A stretch of DNA of 64,000 nucleotides from an uncultured Methanosarcinales archaeon. Its GTDB lineage: Archaea > Nanobdellota > Nanobdellia > Woesearchaeales > CAZYIM01. The notes below the pieces were generated by a model that was not told where the DNA came from, made no database searches, and was given only the letters and a program-made list of their open reading frames with translations. Shown here piece by piece: positions 60,638 to 64,000 of the stretch. The translations under genes were made by a program, and so were the position numbers. How positions within the stretch are numbered: the stretch's first letter is position 1; every line of letters begins with the position of its first letter. The DNA lies in assembly GCA_964647565.1 (NCBI GenBank), contig CAZYIM010000002.1, forward strand, positions 16,235 to 80,234, written 5' to 3'.

Positions 60638-61459
60638 ATGAAAAAACACATCGATCTGCACATTCATTCCATCTACTCAGATGGGGTTCATACGCCCAAA
60701 GCCCTGGTTGTTGAAGCCGCTACAATCGGATTGGATGCAATCGCCATATCAGACCATGATATAACAGATTCATGGCCCGAGCTAAAAGAAGAGGCAGATA
60801 AATGGGGCCTGAATGTGATGACAGGAGTTGAGATATCCACGCCAGACTACCACATTCTCGGCTATGGTTTTGATATTAAGAATACTGATTTACAGGATGC
60901 GCTATCTTTTTCAAGGGATATCCAGGAAGACACCTGCAAGAAGCGGATTGAGAAACTGGTTGGCATTGGCATTCCGATAAGCTTTGATATGGTCAGAGGA
61001 TATTTTCCAAAGTCCCGGCTCGGCAAGGGCAACCTGTTCATGACCATGCTTCGGGATCCTGGCTGCAGGTATTTTATCCATGAGCGGCAGGGCATGTATG
61101 ATCCTGCAAAGATATTCCTGCATTACTTTGGCGATAATGCTGCGGCGTCGCATATTGACTATCTTGAAGAGTTGAGCCCTGAAGAGGCCATTGACTTGGT
61201 GCATGGCGCTGGTGGCAAGGCTTTCCTGGCGCATGCTTTTAAGGATGTCAAGGACATGTCAGAAATGGATGTCCTGTTAGGTTATGGATTGGATGGTCTT
61301 GAAGTGCAGCCCAACTACAACGGCAACAACGGTCCTTTCAAGAAATATGCCAAGGACAATAACATATTGGTCTCATATGGTTCTGATTTTCATGGTTTAA
61401 GATTAAGCCACAGGCCAATGCTGCTTCGAAAAGGCAATGCGATTGAGCCGTTCTGGTAG
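60638..61459 (+). CDS. PHP-domain phosphoesterase (TrpH/YciV-like)
   Basis: DLHIHSIYSDG, SDHD, GVEIS, HILGY, LAH, GSDFHG. Confidence 0.92.
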   Translation: MKKHIDLHIHSIYSDGVHTPKALVVEAATIGLDAIAISDHDITDSWPELKEEADKWGLNVMTGVEISTPDYHILGYGFDIKNTDLQDALSFSRDIQEDTCKKRIEKLVGIGIPISFDMVRGYFPKSRLGKGNLFMTMLRDPGCRYFIHERQGMYDPAKIFLHYFGDNAAASHIDYLEELSPEEAIDLVHGAGGKAFLAHAFKDVKDMSEMDVLLGYGLDGLEVQPNYNGNNGPFKKYAKDNNILVSYGSDFHGLRLSHRPMLLRKGNAIEPFW

Positions 61460-61504
61460 CTTCTGATGATGTAAAATTAAGAACCAGATTTCTTTTAATG
61501 ATAT

Positions 61505-61784
61505 AAATAAGCATTCATCCACGGCACAGACGCCCTCCTTTCAGGAGTGCTACCCGCCCAAGGGTTACGCCCCTTGAGGACGTGTGCGACATCCTTAAAA
61601 ATATGCTTTGCGTATTTTTGGGACACCAAAAATCTTAAAGATTTTTCAGTGTTCGCCTTTGGCTCAGTCCCACTCCTTATCTAGCCCTGCGGGAATGTAT
61701 ATTAACGCCTCGCCTGGCCATGGTTCGCAAGCCTCTTTGCGAACCTGAGAACGAACGAAGTAAAGTGACCATGAATGCTTATTT
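61505..61784. repeat. Structured repeat element, copy 2 (280 bp, with extra double-hairpin insert)
   Basis: Perfect 14-bp ends AAATAAGCATTCAT / ATGAATGCTTATTT; homologous to 43556-43777. Confidence 0.9.
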
Positions 61785-61890
61785 CTTATTAAGGCTCTTA
61801 TGTGTATAGGGGCCTTGTATGGAAAAATTTAAATATATGTTCATATCTATTTGTTACATATATGTACCAATCTGATACAAAGGTGTAACA

Positions 61891-62202
61891 ATGAAGCAAA
61901 AACAGGTTCACTCTCCCACTCTGAAGACAGTTATGATGGTTGAGGATGTGCTTAAGAACATGGATGAGAGTGTTATAACTGTCGCTGAACTGAAACGAAG
62001 ATTGCCCAGGCAGGTGAATCATAATACTCTAAAAGAGATACTGGATTACCTGGACAAGAGCAATAAAATATATATGAATGTTAAGGGTATAACATGGTTG
62101 GTCAATGATAGTCCCAAAATGAGAGAAGCTATACGGAAAGGAGTCAAGTATGATCCAGAAAAATTCCGTAAAAAGTTAGGCAATTCTTATAAATCCATTT
62201 GA
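61891..62202 (+). CDS. Putative antitoxin (winged-helix-like)
   Basis: HSPTLKTVMMVE...ILDYLDKSNKI; upstream of a RelE-like gene. Confidence 0.6.
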   Translation: MKQKQVHSPTLKTVMMVEDVLKNMDESVITVAELKRRLPRQVNHNTLKEILDYLDKSNKIYMNVKGITWLVNDSPKMREAIRKGVKYDPEKFRKKLGNSYKSI

Positions 62203-62236
62203 TGCTGGCTAAGATATGCGATAGGTCACTTCAATA

Positions 62237-62560
62237 ATGTTTTCTGATGAAGCATCACAAGCATATGATGCCTTGGTTAAACATGCAAAAAACTCCAAGA
62301 AAGCAAGGATGATCCTTGCAGCCCTTCTTAATAAGCTGGACTTGATATTGGAGAATCCTAGATATGGGAATCCGTTAGCCAAAAGGTTGATCCCCAAAGA
62401 ATATAAGCTAAGGTATAAAGCTAAAAATTTATTTCGTGTTGAATTGCCCTGTTTCTGGAGGATGCTCTATTCCTTAACCAATGATGAGATCGAGATAATA
62501 GCTCTTGTGGTTGATGTTGTCGATCATAAGGATTACAACAAGAAATTCAGCTATGACTAA
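62237..62560 (+). CDS. RelE/ParE-like toxin
   Basis: NPRYG..., NLFRVELPCFWRMLYSL, DHKDYNKKF. Confidence 0.7.
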   Translation: MFSDEASQAYDALVKHAKNSKKARMILAALLNKLDLILENPRYGNPLAKRLIPKEYKLRYKAKNLFRVELPCFWRMLYSLTNDEIEIIALVVDVVDHKDYNKKFSYD

Positions 62561-62563
62561 CTA

Positions 62564-63028
62564 TTACTCAGTTCCTTTCTTGATATCTTTCATGGTGTCC
62601 CATTTTGCATATGTAAGGGACTGGTCCTGCTCACATTGGACCTCTATAGAATTAAGCAGCATCTCAGCCATTGGATTATCAGGCAGGCTTTTTTTGATGG
62701 CTTTTTTCAGTGCTGCACTAAACTTCTTGGCAGTTTTCTCCTTGATGAAATGGGCATTCATTGCCAGCGGCGCCTCTGTCATTATCTCAAAGAAGCCTTC
62801 TTTCTCAAAGATGAATCTCTCATAGCTCTTGGACTCAATGATATCCATGCCCATGTAGAAGATGCCTTCTTTGTACTGCTTCTCCAGATGTGTTATGAAC
62901 TTGACCAATTCCTGTTTGGCCCTGTCCTGCTCTGTGAGGTTGTCCTGCAGGCTTTCCTTTGCCTTCACAACAAAGGGCAGAAGTTCGCCGACATCCAGCA
63001 AAGGCACAAATACGTGTTTTGTTTTCAT
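62564..63028 (-). CDS. Hypothetical protein
   Basis: 154-aa ORF; no recognised motif. Confidence 0.65.
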   Translation of the reverse strand: MKTKHVFVPLLDVGELLPFVVKAKESLQDNLTEQDRAKQELVKFITHLEKQYKEGIFYMGMDIIESKSYERFIFEKEGFFEIMTEAPLAMNAHFIKEKTAKKFSAALKKAIKKSLPDNPMAEMLLNSIEVQCEQDQSLTYAKWDTMKDIKKGTE

Positions 63029-63111
63029 TTGATATTAAGTTTCTTATTATTCTTGCATTTAAATCTTTCGGAAAGCGAAGCTTTAGAAAAACTAAAGTTT
63101 TTCTTTTGTTT

Positions 63112-63891
63112 CTATTTCCAATGATGGACCAATAGGTCTATCTCTTTTTTTAACTGCGATGTGATCTTCCTGACAGCTGCTTTGTCCTTATGTTTACCCC
63201 AGAGTTTTTCAATATCCAAGGGATTTCCGAAACGTATATGTATTGTTCCAGGGTGTAATTTATTTTTTTTGGGTGTTATTACCTTATCTGTTTGTGTAAA
63301 AGCGCCTGGAACCAGTGGGACTCCGGCTCCCAGGGCAATCCTGACTGCACCAGTCTTGAACTTGAGCAGGCCTTTGTGTCTTTCATGATGTGCTTCAGGA
63401 TATATGACTAGGGTTTCTCCTTTTTTTACCCGTTCAATACATGCCTCGACTACATATTTCCTGTCCATACCGACCTTGAAAGCCTTTTTGTCCTTTTCAT
63501 CCCTGATTACCGGAAAATATCCCAGGTTGGAGACCCATGCCTGCAAAAAAGGATGTGGGATAGCATCAAAGGGTTCTGTAATCACAAAGAAATACCTGTC
63601 AAGTGTGGCGATCAGTGAAAGGGTATCGCTAAGGCTTCTATGATTCATTGCAATAACGCAAGGCCCTTTTGGCAGGAGTTCTTTATTCTGGGTTTTGACC
63701 TTGATAAAGCAAAAGGCAAAAGATATTGTTAGACATAGTTTGCCAAGCTTCTTCCAGATATAATGTTTATTTTTTGTTTTATAAAACAGAGTTACAATAT
63801 ATCCGAGAAACAGAAACAGTCCAAGAATTAATCCTGTAATTATTTTTAGATATGAATTTTGCAGGTGTAATAGGAATTTTGAGTGTTTCAT
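63112..63891 (-). CDS. Lysophospholipid acyltransferase (PlsC-like)
   Basis: NHRSLSD (HxxxxD), IYPE, FKTGAVRIA..AGVPLVP. Confidence 0.88.
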   Translation of the reverse strand: MKHSKFLLHLQNSYLKIITGLILGLFLFLGYIVTLFYKTKNKHYIWKKLGKLCLTISFAFCFIKVKTQNKELLPKGPCVIAMNHRSLSDTLSLIATLDRYFFVITEPFDAIPHPFLQAWVSNLGYFPVIRDEKDKKAFKVGMDRKYVVEACIERVKKGETLVIYPEAHHERHKGLLKFKTGAVRIALGAGVPLVPGAFTQTDKVITPKKNKLHPGTIHIRFGNPLDIEKLWGKHKDKAAVRKITSQLKKEIDLLVHHWK

Positions 63892-64000
63892 TTTTTGAAA
63901 AACAGTTCAATCACATCTTTTTCAGATGGAGGGCATTCGTCCAAATGCTTATAGTGGTTTTTTTCTGCAAATTCCTTTGTGCAATGACCGATGCAATAAA
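63888..64000 (-). CDS. C-terminal end of an upstream gene (possibly DUF362-like Fe-S protein)
   Basis: Manual translation ...YCIGHCTKEFAEKNHYKHLDECPPSEKDVIELFFKK*; stop overlaps the PlsC start (ATGA). Confidence 0.5.
   Translation of the reverse strand, partial: YCIGHCTKEFAEKNHYKHLDECPPSEKDVIELFFKK

Noticed and set aside
43007..62224. Genome-wide TAG recoding (in-frame TAG at 43007, and ATG-CGA-TAG at 62216-62224 upstream of the RelE-like gene)
   Set aside because: Conserved genes (SBDS, DUF357, PHP, cmk paralog 2, Nudix) end at TAG at their expected lengths, so TAG is a normal stop.

Overview
Chromosomal window of a low-GC archaeon. Gene content and protein style suggest DPANN, most likely Woesearchaeota-like (inference). 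Housekeeping genes include the rnp2-psmA-SBDS-rrp4-rrp41-rrp42 exosome/proteasome cluster, rpoK, rpl35ae, proS, an rtcA-Ski2-like helicase-Nudix operon and two cytidylate kinases. There is a type IV pilus locus with a vWA adhesin (37.5-48.7 kb) and a toxin-antitoxin-rich stretch (53-62.5 kb). The most striking region is 17.9-29.7 kb. An Rhs/YD toxin appears split into three colinear genes, each with its own signal peptide or N-terminal anchor and a Cys-rich module. A second, apparently interchangeable Rhs core-toxin cassette sits upstream, no immunity genes are evident, and two secreted papain-fold hydrolases (one a Tat-type NlpC/P60) lie next door. Also found: a tRNA-Ser(GGA) with three introns and a duplicated 5' end, a two-copy highly structured repeat element, a 143-bp MITE with an 8-bp target duplication, and two ORFs that seem to need non-canonical AUA/AUC starts. 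All calls come from reading the sequence; no database searches were run.
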